Part shown: piece by piece, positions 48,689 to 58,263 of the stretch
Position numbering within the stretch: position 1 is the first letter of the stretch
Layout of the letters: every line of letters begins with the position of its first letter
Assembly: GCA_963826115.1 (NCBI GenBank)
Contig: CAWGVS010000012.1
Coordinates: 64,001 to 128,000, forward strand
Source of the DNA: an uncultured Candidatus Rokubacteria bacterium
Lineage (GTDB): Bacteria; Methylomirabilota; Methylomirabilia; Rokubacteriales; DASRDR01
Reading direction: 5' to 3'
Length of the DNA stretch: 64,000 bases
Made by a program: the position numbers and the translations under genes
Notes under the pieces: model-generated
Told to the model about the DNA's origin: nothing
The model's database searches: none
The model's input: the letters and a program-made list of their open reading frames with translations, nothing else

Positions 48689-50095
48689 TCACGGGCTCTT
48701 GGGCTTCGGTTTCGGCTTCGGCGCGTCGCGCGGCGGCGGGCTCTCGAGCCCGGCCAGGCGGCCCTTCGCCCAGCGCACGAGCTCCGGATCCTGGCTGGTG
48801 TCGACGATCTCCCGGTAGGCGCGTCGCGCGCCGTCCCGGTCGGTCGCGGCCTCGAGCGCGGCGGCGAGCCCGGCCACGCCCTCGAAGTACCGCTTGGAGG
48901 CGGCCGGCGCTTCCACGGCCACGGTGTGGTACGCCTGGGCCGCCTCGGCGTTCCGGCGGAGCTGGAGCGCGCTCTGTCCCACGATGAGGAGGGCGTCCGA
49001 CCGCTCCTCGCCTTTCGCCTCGGCGACGGCCTGGGCGGTCTGGAGCGCGGGCTCCCACTGCTTGCGCTTGGTGTAGAGGTCGGCCATCGCGAGCCCCGCC
49101 GCGCCGGCCCGTTCGTCCCGCGGGAAATCGCGGCGCAGCGTGGTCCAGGCGGCCTCCGCGTCGGTCGGGCGGCCGAGCTTCAGCGCGAGCTCGCCGATGC
49201 GGTAGAGGGCCCGGGGCACGAGCGCGTGGGTCGGCGCCGTGCGGACCAGCGCCTGGTACTGATCGAGGGCCTCGCGCGACCGCCCGGCCTTCGCCTGCGC
49301 GTCCGCCACGAGCAAGCGCGCCGTGGGCACGAGGTCGTTCGTGGGCGACTGGGCGATGAACTGCTCGAGCGTGCGCACCCCCTCGGGCCGGCCGGCCTCG
49401 ATCTGGGCGACGCCGAGGAGGTACCGTGACTCGGCGAGGTACGGGCTCCCCGGATAGCGGGTCGCGTAGGGCCCGAGGATCGCGAGCGTGTCGTCCCAGC
49501 GCTTGGCCCGGATCAGCTCCCGCGCCGCGCTGTAGGCGGCCGTCGGCGCCTGGGCGTGGGTCGGATAGTCCTTGAGAAAATCCCGGAAGGTGTCGATGGC
49601 CCCGTCCGGCCGACCCGTCTCGAGCTCGGACAGGCCGCGGGCATAGAGCGCCTCCGGCACGTAGGGTGAGGCGGGCTTGAGCGCGAGGTAGCGCGCGTAG
49701 CGCTCGCGTGCCTCCTCGTACCGCTTCAGGCGGAACAGCGCCTCGCCCTGCCAGTAGATCGGCTCTCCCGGGGTCGGCGCGAGGGTCAGCGGGAAGGTCT
49801 CGGCGGCGTCGAACTCGGTCAGCGCCTCGGCGTAGCGCTCCATCTGGAAGGCCGCCCTGCCGCGGAGGAGCGTGGCGTCCCCCCGCCGGCGGTCCGCGGG
49901 CGCCGCCTGGACGAAGCGCCCGAGCTCCCGGTACGCCGTCTCGTAGAGGCCGTCCTCGAACGCCCCCGTGCCCACCATCCAGAGCCGGTCCGCCTCGGAC
50001 CGGACCGCGGCACCCGCCGCCGGCGCGGCCAGGACGGCGAGGCCGGCAAGGACGAGGTGGACCAGGACAGGCGCGAGGCGTCGCCGCCGTCGCAT
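48689..50095 (-). CDS. exported TPR-repeat protein
   Basis: Signal peptide; repeats such as ALYARGLSELE and YPGSPYLAESRYLLG; PKPKPK tail. Confidence 0.82.
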   Translation of the reverse strand: MRRRRRLAPVLVHLVLAGLAVLAAPAAGAAVRSEADRLWMVGTGAFEDGLYETAYRELGRFVQAAPADRRRGDATLLRGRAAFQMERYAEALTEFDAAETFPLTLAPTPGEPIYWQGEALFRLKRYEEARERYARYLALKPASPYVPEALYARGLSELETGRPDGAIDTFRDFLKDYPTHAQAPTAAYSAARELIRAKRWDDTLAILGPYATRYPGSPYLAESRYLLGVAQIEAGRPEGVRTLEQFIAQSPTNDLVPTARLLVADAQAKAGRSREALDQYQALVRTAPTHALVPRALYRIGELALKLGRPTDAEAAWTTLRRDFPRDERAGAAGLAMADLYTKRKQWEPALQTAQAVAEAKGEERSDALLIVGQSALQLRRNAEAAQAYHTVAVEAPAASKRYFEGVAGLAAALEAATDRDGARRAYREIVDTSQDPELVRWAKGRLAGLESPPPRDAPKPKPKPKSP

Positions 50096-50165
50096 GAGGC
50101 TACCCTACCAGAAGTGGGCGGGCTTCTCCGAATCCGCCGTGACCGCGGGCGGTATACTGCCCCTC

Positions 50166-50798
50166 GTGCGCCCGCTCTGCGCGTTCGACCTCGACCACAC
50201 CCTGGTGCGCTCGCCGCTCGACCTGCCGCGGCTCAAGCGGGAGATCCGGGCCCTCGTGGAGTCCGAGCGCGTCCCGCTGCCCGAGGCCAACCACGCGTGG
50301 ACGATCGGCCAGCTGATCGAGGCCGCCACGGCGCACCGGCAGACGCTCGGCGACGAGTGCTGGGCCCTCTGCACGGCCCACGAGGAGGCGGCGGTCGAGC
50401 ACGCCACGCCGGAGCCGGGCGCGCTGGAGGCGCTGACCACGCTCCGGGCGGCCGGCTATCCCCTGGCGCTGTGGACCAACAACACGGGATCGGTCGCGCG
50501 ACGGGCGCTCGCGAGCTGCGGCTTCGACGGCTTCTTCCGCGTCCTGGTCACGCGGGACGAGGCGGCGCTCAAGCCCGACCCGTCGGGCATCCGCCTCCTC
50601 GAGGCGGCGTTCCCCGAGCGGCGCATCTGGGTGGTCGGGGACTCCTGGGTCGACGGCGCGGCGGCGCACGCGGGGGGCGCGGCCTTCATCGCCTACGGCG
50701 CCGACCCCGTCGAGCTCGCCCGGCGCGGCGTGGCGCCGCGCACGGTGCTGCGGGACCTCCGGCACCTGCCGGGGTGGCTTCGCACCGCCGCCTGGTAG
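50166..50798 (+). CDS. HAD-family phosphatase
   Basis: FDLDHTL, WTNN, LKPDP, VGDSWVD. Confidence 0.85.
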   Translation: MRPLCAFDLDHTLVRSPLDLPRLKREIRALVESERVPLPEANHAWTIGQLIEAATAHRQTLGDECWALCTAHEEAAVEHATPEPGALEALTTLRAAGYPLALWTNNTGSVARRALASCGFDGFFRVLVTRDEAALKPDPSGIRLLEAAFPERRIWVVGDSWVDGAAAHAGGAAFIAYGADPVELARRGVAPRTVLRDLRHLPGWLRTAAW

Positions 50799-50964
50799 CC
50801 CGGCGCGCGCCGTCGTCGGCGCGCCGATCGTTTGGTCGTCCCCAACCGTCTGTGGCATCCTGACCTTGAGTGAGGCGGACGCGCGGCACGCGCTCCGCTC
50901 GACGGGCGGCCGGGCGGGGCCCGCGCCGGCGCACCAGGGGCCGCGCGGCCAGGGAGCGGACGGC

Positions 50965-52320
50965 GTGGAGCTGTTCGAGCAGGCGGCGCGCGAGAGCCGG
51001 CGCGAGGCGGCACCGCTCGCCGAGCGGATGCGGCCGCGGACCCTCGACGAGTACGTCGGCCAGGCGCACCTCCTCGGGCCCGGCCGGCTCCTCCGCGTCG
51101 CGATCGAGTCCGGCGCTCTCCACTCGATGATCCTGTGGGGGCCGCCGGGCACCGGGAAGACGACGCTCGCGTCGCTGCTCGCCGCGCACGCCAAGGCTCA
51201 CTTCACGCCGTTTTCCGCCGTGCTCACGGGCGTCAAGGAGGTCCGGAGTCTCGTCGCCGAGGCCGAGGAGCGCCTCACGCTCCGCGGTCAGCCCACGATC
51301 CTCTTCGTCGACGAGATCCACCGCTTCAACAAGGCGCAGCAGGACGCGTTCCTGCCGCACGTGGAGCGCGGCACCGTGACCCTCATCGGCGCCACGACCG
51401 AGAATCCGTCGTTCGAGGTGATCGGGGCGCTACTCTCGCGCTGCCGCGTCTACGTCCTCGAGCGCCTCACCGAGGCGGACCTCGAGACGATCGTCCGCCG
51501 CGCGCTGGCCGACCCGGAGCGTGGGCTGGGCCGGCTGGACCTCGAGGCGGACGCGGACGCCGTGGCGGCCATCGTCGCGCTCTCGGAAGGCGACGCCCGC
51601 ACCGCGCTCAACATCCTGGAGGTGGCGGCGCGGCTCCTGACCACGGGCCGCCGGGAGCGCGGCCCGGCGCGCCTCACGGCCGCGTCGATCCGCGAGGCGG
51701 CCCAGCGGAAGACGCTCCTCTACGACAAGGGCGGCGAGGAGCACTACAACCTCATCAGCGCGCTCCACAAGTCGGTCCGCGACTCCGACCCCGACGCCAC
51801 GCTCTACTGGCTGGCGCGGATGCTCGAAGCCGGCGAGGACCGGCGCTTCCTCGCGCGACGGCTCGTGCGGATGGCTTCGGAGGACATCGGCCTCGCCGAC
51901 CCGCAGGCCCTCGCGATCACTCTGGCGGCGAAGGACGCGTACGACTTCCTGGGGACGCCCGAGGGCGAGCTGGCGCTCGCCGAGGCCGCTGTCTACCTCG
52001 CGTGCGCGCCGAAGTCGAACGCCGTCTACACGGCCTTCGACCAGGCGCGGGCGGACGTCACGGCCCGGCCGGCGGAGCCGGTCCCGCATCACATCCGGAA
52101 CGCGCCGACACGGCTCATGAAGGACCTCGGGTACGGGGCCGGCTACCAATACGCGCACGACGACCCGGACGCCGTCGTCGTCCAGGACCACCTGCCCGCC
52201 TCGCTCCGCGGGCGCACCTACTACCACCCCGTGCCGCGCGGCTTCGAGCAGGAGATCCGCGCGCGCCTGGAGCGCTGGCGAGCCCAGCTCGGCCAACGGA
52301 AGGGCGAGGAGACGCCGTGA
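50965..52320 (+). CDS. rarA: replication-associated recombination protein A (RarA/MgsA)
   Basis: [50 protein letters not shown]. Start uncertain (50866 or 50965). Confidence 0.95.
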   Translation: MELFEQAARESRREAAPLAERMRPRTLDEYVGQAHLLGPGRLLRVAIESGALHSMILWGPPGTGKTTLASLLAAHAKAHFTPFSAVLTGVKEVRSLVAEAEERLTLRGQPTILFVDEIHRFNKAQQDAFLPHVERGTVTLIGATTENPSFEVIGALLSRCRVYVLERLTEADLETIVRRALADPERGLGRLDLEADADAVAAIVALSEGDARTALNILEVAARLLTTGRRERGPARLTAASIREAAQRKTLLYDKGGEEHYNLISALHKSVRDSDPDATLYWLARMLEAGEDRRFLARRLVRMASEDIGLADPQALAITLAAKDAYDFLGTPEGELALAEAAVYLACAPKSNAVYTAFDQARADVTARPAEPVPHHIRNAPTRLMKDLGYGAGYQYAHDDPDAVVVQDHLPASLRGRTYYHPVPRGFEQEIRARLERWRAQLGQRKGEETP

Positions 52321-53489
52321 CCCGACCCATTGACCCCGCCCGCGACCCCCGGCCCCGGCGACTTCGAATCGGTGTCATCTTCGGCGGCCGCTCCGGCGAG
52401 CACGAGGTCTCCCTCGCCTCCGCCGCTTCCGTCCTGTCGGCGATCGACCCGGAGCGGTACGAGGTCGTCCCGATGGGCATCGCCAAGGACGGGCAGTGGC
52501 TGGTCGGCGGGAATCCTCTCCGGGCGCTGGCCGAGGCCTCGGGCGTCCGGCTCGCCCTGCCGGCGGCCGCGCCGCCCGCCGACGGCGTCGCGGGGGGCAC
52601 GCTCGCCCGGGTGCCGACGGCCGGCGGGCTGCCCGCCGGCGTCGCCGCGCGGCTCGACGTCGTCTTCCCGGTCCTCCACGGGCCCCACGGCGAGGACGGG
52701 ACGATCCAGGGGCTCCTCGAGCTGGCGGACGTGGCGTACGTCGGGGCGAACGTGATGGCCTCGGCCGTCGGCATGGACAAGGCCACGATGAAGGCCGTCT
52801 TCCGGGCTCACGGGCTCCCGGTCGTGCCGTACCTGCTGGTCCGGGACCACGAGTGGGCCGAGGAGCGGGAGGCCGTCGCCGAGCGCGTGGGCCGCGAGCT
52901 CGGCTACCCGTGCTTCGTGAAGCCCTGCAACCTCGGCTCGAGCGTCGGGATCAGCAAGGTCCGGCAGGCGTCGGAGCTCGCCGGCGCCATGGCGCTCGCG
53001 CTCGGCCACGACCGCAAGGCCCTGGTGGAGCGCGGGGTCGTGGCGCGCGAGATCGAGGTGAGCGTCCTCGGGAACGACCATCCGGAGGCGTCGGTGCCCG
53101 GCGAGATCCGCCCCGGCAAGGACTGGTACGACTACGAGGCGAAGTACACCGAGGGGATCGCGGAGGTCGTCATCCCGGCCCCGCTGAGCGACGCGCTGGT
53201 GCGCGAGTTCCAGCGCCTCGCGGTGGCCGCGTTCCGCGCGATCGACGCCGCCGGGCTCGCCCGCGTCGACTTCTTTCTCGAGGGCGACTCGCGCATCTGG
53301 GTGAACGAGATCAACACGATCCCGGGGTTCACCCGATTCTCGGCCTACCCGCGTCTCTGGGAGGCGTCGGGCCTGCCCTATCCGAAGCTCGTCGACCGCC
53401 TGATCGAGCTGGCCCTCGAGCGCCACGCGGCGAAGCGGCGGCTCGAACCCCCGACGCCCGGCGGGTCCGAGCCGCGTGCCCGGACCTAG
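52317..53489 (+). CDS. ddl: D-alanine--D-alanine ligase
   Basis: [46 protein letters not shown]. Confidence 0.95.
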   Translation: MTRPIDPARDPRPRRLRIGVIFGGRSGEHEVSLASAASVLSAIDPERYEVVPMGIAKDGQWLVGGNPLRALAEASGVRLALPAAAPPADGVAGGTLARVPTAGGLPAGVAARLDVVFPVLHGPHGEDGTIQGLLELADVAYVGANVMASAVGMDKATMKAVFRAHGLPVVPYLLVRDHEWAEEREAVAERVGRELGYPCFVKPCNLGSSVGISKVRQASELAGAMALALGHDRKALVERGVVAREIEVSVLGNDHPEASVPGEIRPGKDWYDYEAKYTEGIAEVVIPAPLSDALVREFQRLAVAAFRAIDAAGLARVDFFLEGDSRIWVNEINTIPGFTRFSAYPRLWEASGLPYPKLVDRLIELALERHAAKRRLEPPTPGGSEPRART

Positions 53490-54639
53490 CGCGCCCGGGA
53501 CGCCCGCCACGGCCCGGCCCCTGACCGTCGTCCTCGCCGGCGGCGGGACCGGCGGCCACACGGCGGCGGGGCTCGCTCTCGCCCGGGCGCTCGCCGCCCG
53601 CCTGGGAGCCGGCGTCCGCCTCGTCTGGATCGGGAGCCAGTCGGGCATCGAGGCCACCTGGGTGCCTGCCGCCGGCATCGCGTATCACGCGATCCAGACC
53701 GGCAAGCTCCGGCGCCAGCTCGCGTGGCGGAACGTGACGGATCTCACGCTCCGCGTCCCGGCGGGCTTCGGCCAGGCGCTCGCGCTCCTCGGACGCCTCC
53801 GTCCCGACGTCGTGGTGGCGACCGGCGGATTCGTCGCGGTCCCGACGGCCGTCGCGGCGGCCGCCCGCCGCCTCCCGCTCCTCGTCCACGAGCAGGTCGT
53901 GGTGCCGGGGCTCGCGAACCGGCTGATCGGCCGGCTCGCCGACACGGTCGCGGTGACCTTCGCCGCGTCCGCGGCCGCGTTTCCCGCGGGGAAGGTCGTG
54001 GTGACGGGGAACCCGATCCGGCCGGAGCTTCTGGCGGGCGTCCCGGCGCGCGGGTTCGAGCGCTTCGGCCTCGACCCCGCCGCCCCACTCACCTACGTCA
54101 CCGGCGGCGCGCTCGGCGCCCACCGGGTGAACCGGATCGTCGGGGCGGCGCTCCCGGCGCTGCTCGCGGTGACCCAGATCGTGCATCAGTGCGGCGACAA
54201 CACGTACGGCGACCTGGCCTGGCTCCGCGCCGAGGCCGCGCGGCTCCCGCCCCCGCTCGCCGCGCGGTACCGCGTGACGGCGCTCGTCGGGGAGGAGCTC
54301 GGCGAGCTCTACGCCGCCGCGCGCCTCGTGGTGGGACGCGCGGGCGCCGGCACGGTGACCGAGCTGGCCGCCCTCGGCCTGCCCGCAATCCTCGTGCCCC
54401 TGCCGGGCGCGCGCGGCGACGAGCAGACGGCGAACGCGCGCGTGCTGGCCGACGCGGGCGCCGCGGTGCTCCTGCCGGAGGCGGAGCTCACGGCCGAGCG
54501 GCTCGTCCGCGAGGTGAGCGCCCTGCTCGCTGAGCCGGACCGGCTGAGGATCATGGCCGCGCAGGCGCGCGCGCTGGCGACCCCCGACGCCGCCCGGCGG
54601 CTGGTGGACCTCGTCCTCGGGCTGGCGCGGCGCACCTGA
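53476..54639 (+). CDS. murG: UDP-GlcNAc:lipid I N-acetylglucosaminyltransferase MurG
   Basis: [47 protein letters not shown]. Confidence 0.92.
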   Translation: MPGPSAPGTPATARPLTVVLAGGGTGGHTAAGLALARALAARLGAGVRLVWIGSQSGIEATWVPAAGIAYHAIQTGKLRRQLAWRNVTDLTLRVPAGFGQALALLGRLRPDVVVATGGFVAVPTAVAAAARRLPLLVHEQVVVPGLANRLIGRLADTVAVTFAASAAAFPAGKVVVTGNPIRPELLAGVPARGFERFGLDPAAPLTYVTGGALGAHRVNRIVGAALPALLAVTQIVHQCGDNTYGDLAWLRAEAARLPPPLAARYRVTALVGEELGELYAAARLVVGRAGAGTVTELAALGLPAILVPLPGARGDEQTANARVLADAGAAVLLPEAELTAERLVREVSALLAEPDRLRIMAAQARALATPDAARRLVDLVLGLARRT

Positions 54640-54709
54640 CGGGGCCGGAACGAGGCCGGCCGAGCCGGTTGCGACACTGGACCGAACGGGCGAGACTAGC
54701 ATCGATTCT

Positions 54710-56050
54710 GTGACACCCGAGACCCACTACGCGCGGAGCGGCGACGTCAACATTGCCTACCAGGTGGTGGGCGATGCCCCGCGGGACCTCGTCCTCGTGC
54801 CTGGGTGGGTCTCGAACATCGAGGTGTTCTGGGAGGATCGGGCGTGCGCCCGGTTCCTCGAGCGTCTGGCTGCGTTCACCCGGCTGATCCTGTTCGACAA
54901 GCGAGGCACCGGCCTGTCCGATCGCGTCACCGATCTCCCGAATCTTGAAACCCGCATGGACGACGTCCGCGCCGTCATGGATACGGTCGGCTCGGCGAAG
55001 GCGGCGCTCCTCGGTTACTCCGAGGGCGGGCCGATGTGTGCGCTCTTCGCCGCGACCTACCCCGCACGGACGACGGCGCTGATCACCATCGGGAGCTACG
55101 CGCGCCGCACGTGGGCGCCCGACTATCCCTGGGGAGCCCGGCCCGAGTGGTACGTCCAGTTCATCGAGCGGTGTCGTCGGGAGTGGGGCGGGCCGGTGGG
55201 GCTGGACGAGCGGTGGCCGAGCGCGGCCGGGGACGAGCGCGTGCGCCAATGGTGGGCTCGGCTTCTCCGAATGGGCGCGAGTCCCGGCGCGAATCTCGTT
55301 CTGCTCCAAATGAACGCCGAGATGGATGTCCGGCACGTCCTGCCGGCGATTCGGGTGCCGACCCTGGTCCTCCACAGCGTGGGGGATCGCACGCTTTCGG
55401 CCGAGGGCAGCCGCTTCATGGCCCAGCAGATCGCCGGTGCCCGATACGTCGAGCTGCCCGGTTCGGATCACATCCCCTGGGGCGACGACGGGGACGCCAT
55501 CGTCGACGAGATCGAGGAATTCCTGACGGGCGTGCGGCACGGACCCGAGCCGGACCGTGTCCTCGCGACGGTCTTGTTCACCGACATCGTGGGCTCGACG
55601 GAAAGGGCGGTGGCCCTCGGGGATCGCCGCTGGCGTGATCTTCTCGAGAGCCATCATGACGTCGTGCGGCGGGAGCTCGGGCGGTTCCGAGGCCACGAGG
55701 TCGACACGGCCGGTGACGGCTTCCTCGCGACCTTCGACGGCCCCGCGCGCGCCGTCCGCTGCGCCCGCGCCGTGAGCGCTGGCGTTCGCCCCCTCGGGCT
55801 CGAAGTGCGCGCGGGACTTCACACCGGCGAGGTCGAGCTCCACGGTGACAGGGTCTCCGGCCTGGCCGTCCACATCGGCGCCCGGGTCGCGGCGGCCGCC
55901 GGGGCGGGCGAGGTCCTCGTGTCCAGCACGGTCAAGGACCTGGTCGCCGGCTCCGGTCTCCGCTTCCAGGACCGTGGCGTGCGGGCCCTGAAGGGCGTCC
56001 CGGGCGAATGGCACCTCTTCGCGCTGGAAGCGGAAGGCGCGCGCGCGTGA
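54710..56050 (+). CDS. alpha/beta-hydrolase plus class III adenylate/guanylate cyclase fusion (LipJ/Rv1900c-like)
   Basis: FDKRGTGLSD, GYSEGG, GSDH; then VLFTDIVGST, DTAGDGF, GLHTGE, AVHIGARV, LKGVPG. Confidence 0.92.
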   Translation: MTPETHYARSGDVNIAYQVVGDAPRDLVLVPGWVSNIEVFWEDRACARFLERLAAFTRLILFDKRGTGLSDRVTDLPNLETRMDDVRAVMDTVGSAKAALLGYSEGGPMCALFAATYPARTTALITIGSYARRTWAPDYPWGARPEWYVQFIERCRREWGGPVGLDERWPSAAGDERVRQWWARLLRMGASPGANLVLLQMNAEMDVRHVLPAIRVPTLVLHSVGDRTLSAEGSRFMAQQIAGARYVELPGSDHIPWGDDGDAIVDEIEEFLTGVRHGPEPDRVLATVLFTDIVGSTERAVALGDRRWRDLLESHHDVVRRELGRFRGHEVDTAGDGFLATFDGPARAVRCARAVSAGVRPLGLEVRAGLHTGEVELHGDRVSGLAVHIGARVAAAAGAGEVLVSSTVKDLVAGSGLRFQDRGVRALKGVPGEWHLFALEAEGARA

Positions 56051-56631
56051 AGCGGCTCTGCGTCTTCTGCGGGTCCGCGGTCGGCCGCCAGCCGGCGTAC
56101 GCGAACGCCGCGCGCGAGCTGGCCGCCCTCCTGGTCGACCGCGGGATCGGCGTCGTCTACGGGGGCGGGTCGGTGGGCCTCATGGGGGCCGTCGCGGACG
56201 CGGTCCTCGCGAAGGGCGGCGAGGTGATCGGCGTCCTCCCGCGGGGGCTCGCGCGGAAGGAGCTCGCGCACAGCGGCCTCAGCGAGCTCCACCTGGTGGA
56301 TTCGATGCACGAGCGCAAGGCGCTGATGGCCTCGCTGTCCGACGGCTTCGTCGCCCTGCCGGGCGGCCTCGGCACGCTCGAAGAGGTGTTCGAGGTCCTC
56401 ACGTGGGCCCAGCTCGGCATCCACCGGAAGCCCGTAGGCCTGCTCGACGTCGCGGGCTACTGGACGGGACTGGTCACGCTCCTCCGGCACGCCGTCGCCG
56501 AGGGCTTCGTGCGGCCGGAGTACGCGGACCTCCTCCTGGTCGAGTCCGCGCCCGCCCCGCTGCTCGACCGGCTCCTCGCCTGGCAGCCGCCGGCCCGCCC
56601 GCCCGTCTGGCTCGACGCGACCGAGACCTGA
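56047..56631 (+). CDS. LOG-family nucleotide phosphoribohydrolase (TIGR00730)
   Basis: CVFCGS, VYGGG.VGLMG, MHERK, PGGLGTLEE. Confidence 0.92.
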   Translation: MKRLCVFCGSAVGRQPAYANAARELAALLVDRGIGVVYGGGSVGLMGAVADAVLAKGGEVIGVLPRGLARKELAHSGLSELHLVDSMHERKALMASLSDGFVALPGGLGTLEEVFEVLTWAQLGIHRKPVGLLDVAGYWTGLVTLLRHAVAEGFVRPEYADLLLVESAPAPLLDRLLAWQPPARPPVWLDATET

Positions 56632-56635
56632 TCGC

Positions 56636-57550
56636 GTGCGCCAGCGGTCCGCGATCGACCCCGCGGCGGGCGCGCTGCTGATCCTCCTCTGCGCGGTCTG
56701 GGGGGCCGGCCAGGTGGCCATCAAGGTCGGCAACCAGGGCGTCTCGCCGCTCTGGCACGCGACCATCCGCTCGGCCGGCGCCGCGCTCCTGGTCTGGGGC
56801 TGGGCGGCGGCCCACGGGGTGTCGGTCGTCCGCCGCGACGGGACCGCCGCCTACGGCGGGGTGATCGCCGCGCTCTTCGCGCTCGAGTTCGTGTGCATCT
56901 ACTGGGGCTTCATGTTCACGACCGCGTCCCGGGGCGTGCTGTTCATCTACGCGGCACCGTTCTTCGTCGCGCTGGGCGCACACTGGCTCTTCCCCGGCGA
57001 GCGGCTCCACGGGGCGAAGGTCGTCGGGCTCGTCGCGGCGTTCGCCGGGCTCGCCCTGGCGTTCGCCGACGGGCTGCGCCTGCCGACGCGCCGCGAGGTG
57101 CTCGGCGACACGCTGCAGCTCGTCGGCGCGAGCCTCTGGGCGGCGACGAGCCTCATCATCAAGGCGCGCGGCCAGGTGGTCAGCCCGCCCCGCACGCTCT
57201 TCTACCAGCTGGCCGGCTCGGCGCTGATCCTCGGGCCCCTGGCGCTCTTCACGGGCGAGCCCGGCATCACGCGGCTCACGGTGCCGATCGCGGCCGCGGT
57301 GCTCTACCAGGTCGTGCTCGTCGCCTTCGCGAGCTACCTCGCCTGGTTCTGGCTCCTCACGCGCTACCCGGCCTCGACCCTCCACGCGTACACGTTCTGG
57401 ACGCCGCTGTTCGGCGTCGTCGCGGGCTGGCTCCTCCTGGGCGAGCCGGTGACGCCGGCCCTCGTCCTCGCGATGGGACTGGTCGCGCTGGGGATCTACC
57501 TCGTCAACCGACAGCCGGCGGCGGCCGGCGCGGCGCGGGCTGACGACTAG
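56636..57550 (+). CDS. DMT/EamA family transporter
   Basis: About 10 TM segments in two EamA repeats; LCAVWG, GERL, LLGEP. Confidence 0.88.
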   Translation: MRQRSAIDPAAGALLILLCAVWGAGQVAIKVGNQGVSPLWHATIRSAGAALLVWGWAAAHGVSVVRRDGTAAYGGVIAALFALEFVCIYWGFMFTTASRGVLFIYAAPFFVALGAHWLFPGERLHGAKVVGLVAAFAGLALAFADGLRLPTRREVLGDTLQLVGASLWAATSLIIKARGQVVSPPRTLFYQLAGSALILGPLALFTGEPGITRLTVPIAAAVLYQVVLVAFASYLAWFWLLTRYPASTLHAYTFWTPLFGVVAGWLLLGEPVTPALVLAMGLVALGIYLVNRQPAAAGAARADD

Positions 57551-58245
57551 AGGCGGGGCCGCCGCCCGCGGAGGTCGAACCGGAGCGGACAACCCTCGCA
57601 CCGGGGCCGCGTCCGGCAGTGCGTCTTGGCGACCTGGACCAGGAGCGCGTGGAACTCGTTGAACAGCGCGGGGTCGTGCGGGAGGTGCCCCATCAGGAGG
57701 GCCTGCACGGTCTCGTAGTCCGCGTCCAGCGCCACGAGCCGGTGGCGCCCGAGGATCCGCCGCGTGTAGGCGTCCACGACGAAGATGGGGCGGCCCGCGG
57801 CGTAGAGCGCGATGGCGTCCGCCGTCTCGGGGCCGATGCCGGCGATCCCGCGGAGCTCGGCCCGCAGGACCGGAAGCGGGAGCGCGAGAAGCCGCGCGAG
57901 ACGGCCCCCGTGGCGCCGCGCGACGTGTCGCGCGAAGGCGCGCAGCCGTCGCGCCTTCAGCCGGAACGTGCCCGACGGGCGCAGGAGCGCCGCGAGCCGC
58001 GCCGGCGGGAGGGCCAGCACGGCGCGGAGGTCGAGAGCGTCCGCAGCCCGGAGCCGGGCGACCGCCCGCTCGACGTTGCGCCACGCCGCGTTCTGCGTGA
58101 GGATCGCTCCGATGACGATCTCGCTCCGGGAGCGCGCCGGCCACCAGTGCTGCGGGCCGTACCGCCGGCCGAGCCGATCGTAGAGCCGGAGCAGGCGACG
58201 GCGCAGCGGGTCGGGACGCGGCAGGAGCGGCGGGGGCGCCAGCAT
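57547..58245 (-). CDS. endonuclease III-related HhH-GPD DNA glycosylase
   Basis: PQHWWP, GAILTQN, GIGPETAD, FVVDAYT, EFHALLV, C-terminal CxxxxxCxxC. Confidence 0.88.
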   Translation of the reverse strand: MLAPPPLLPRPDPLRRRLLRLYDRLGRRYGPQHWWPARSRSEIVIGAILTQNAAWRNVERAVARLRAADALDLRAVLALPPARLAALLRPSGTFRLKARRLRAFARHVARRHGGRLARLLALPLPVLRAELRGIAGIGPETADAIALYAAGRPIFVVDAYTRRILGRHRLVALDADYETVQALLMGHLPHDPALFNEFHALLVQVAKTHCRTRPRCEGCPLRFDLRGRRPRL

Positions 58246-58263
58246 GGAGGCCTCATTATAAGG

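Noticed and set aside
50853-50870. TGGCAT...TTGA upstream of rarA as a sigma54 promoter
   Set aside because: The spacing is wrong and there is no GC at -12.
52317-53489. Ddl as a VanA-like D-Ala-D-Lac ligase
   Set aside because: The omega loop YDYEAKY has the Tyr typical of D-Ala-D-Ala ligases, and there are no van genes.
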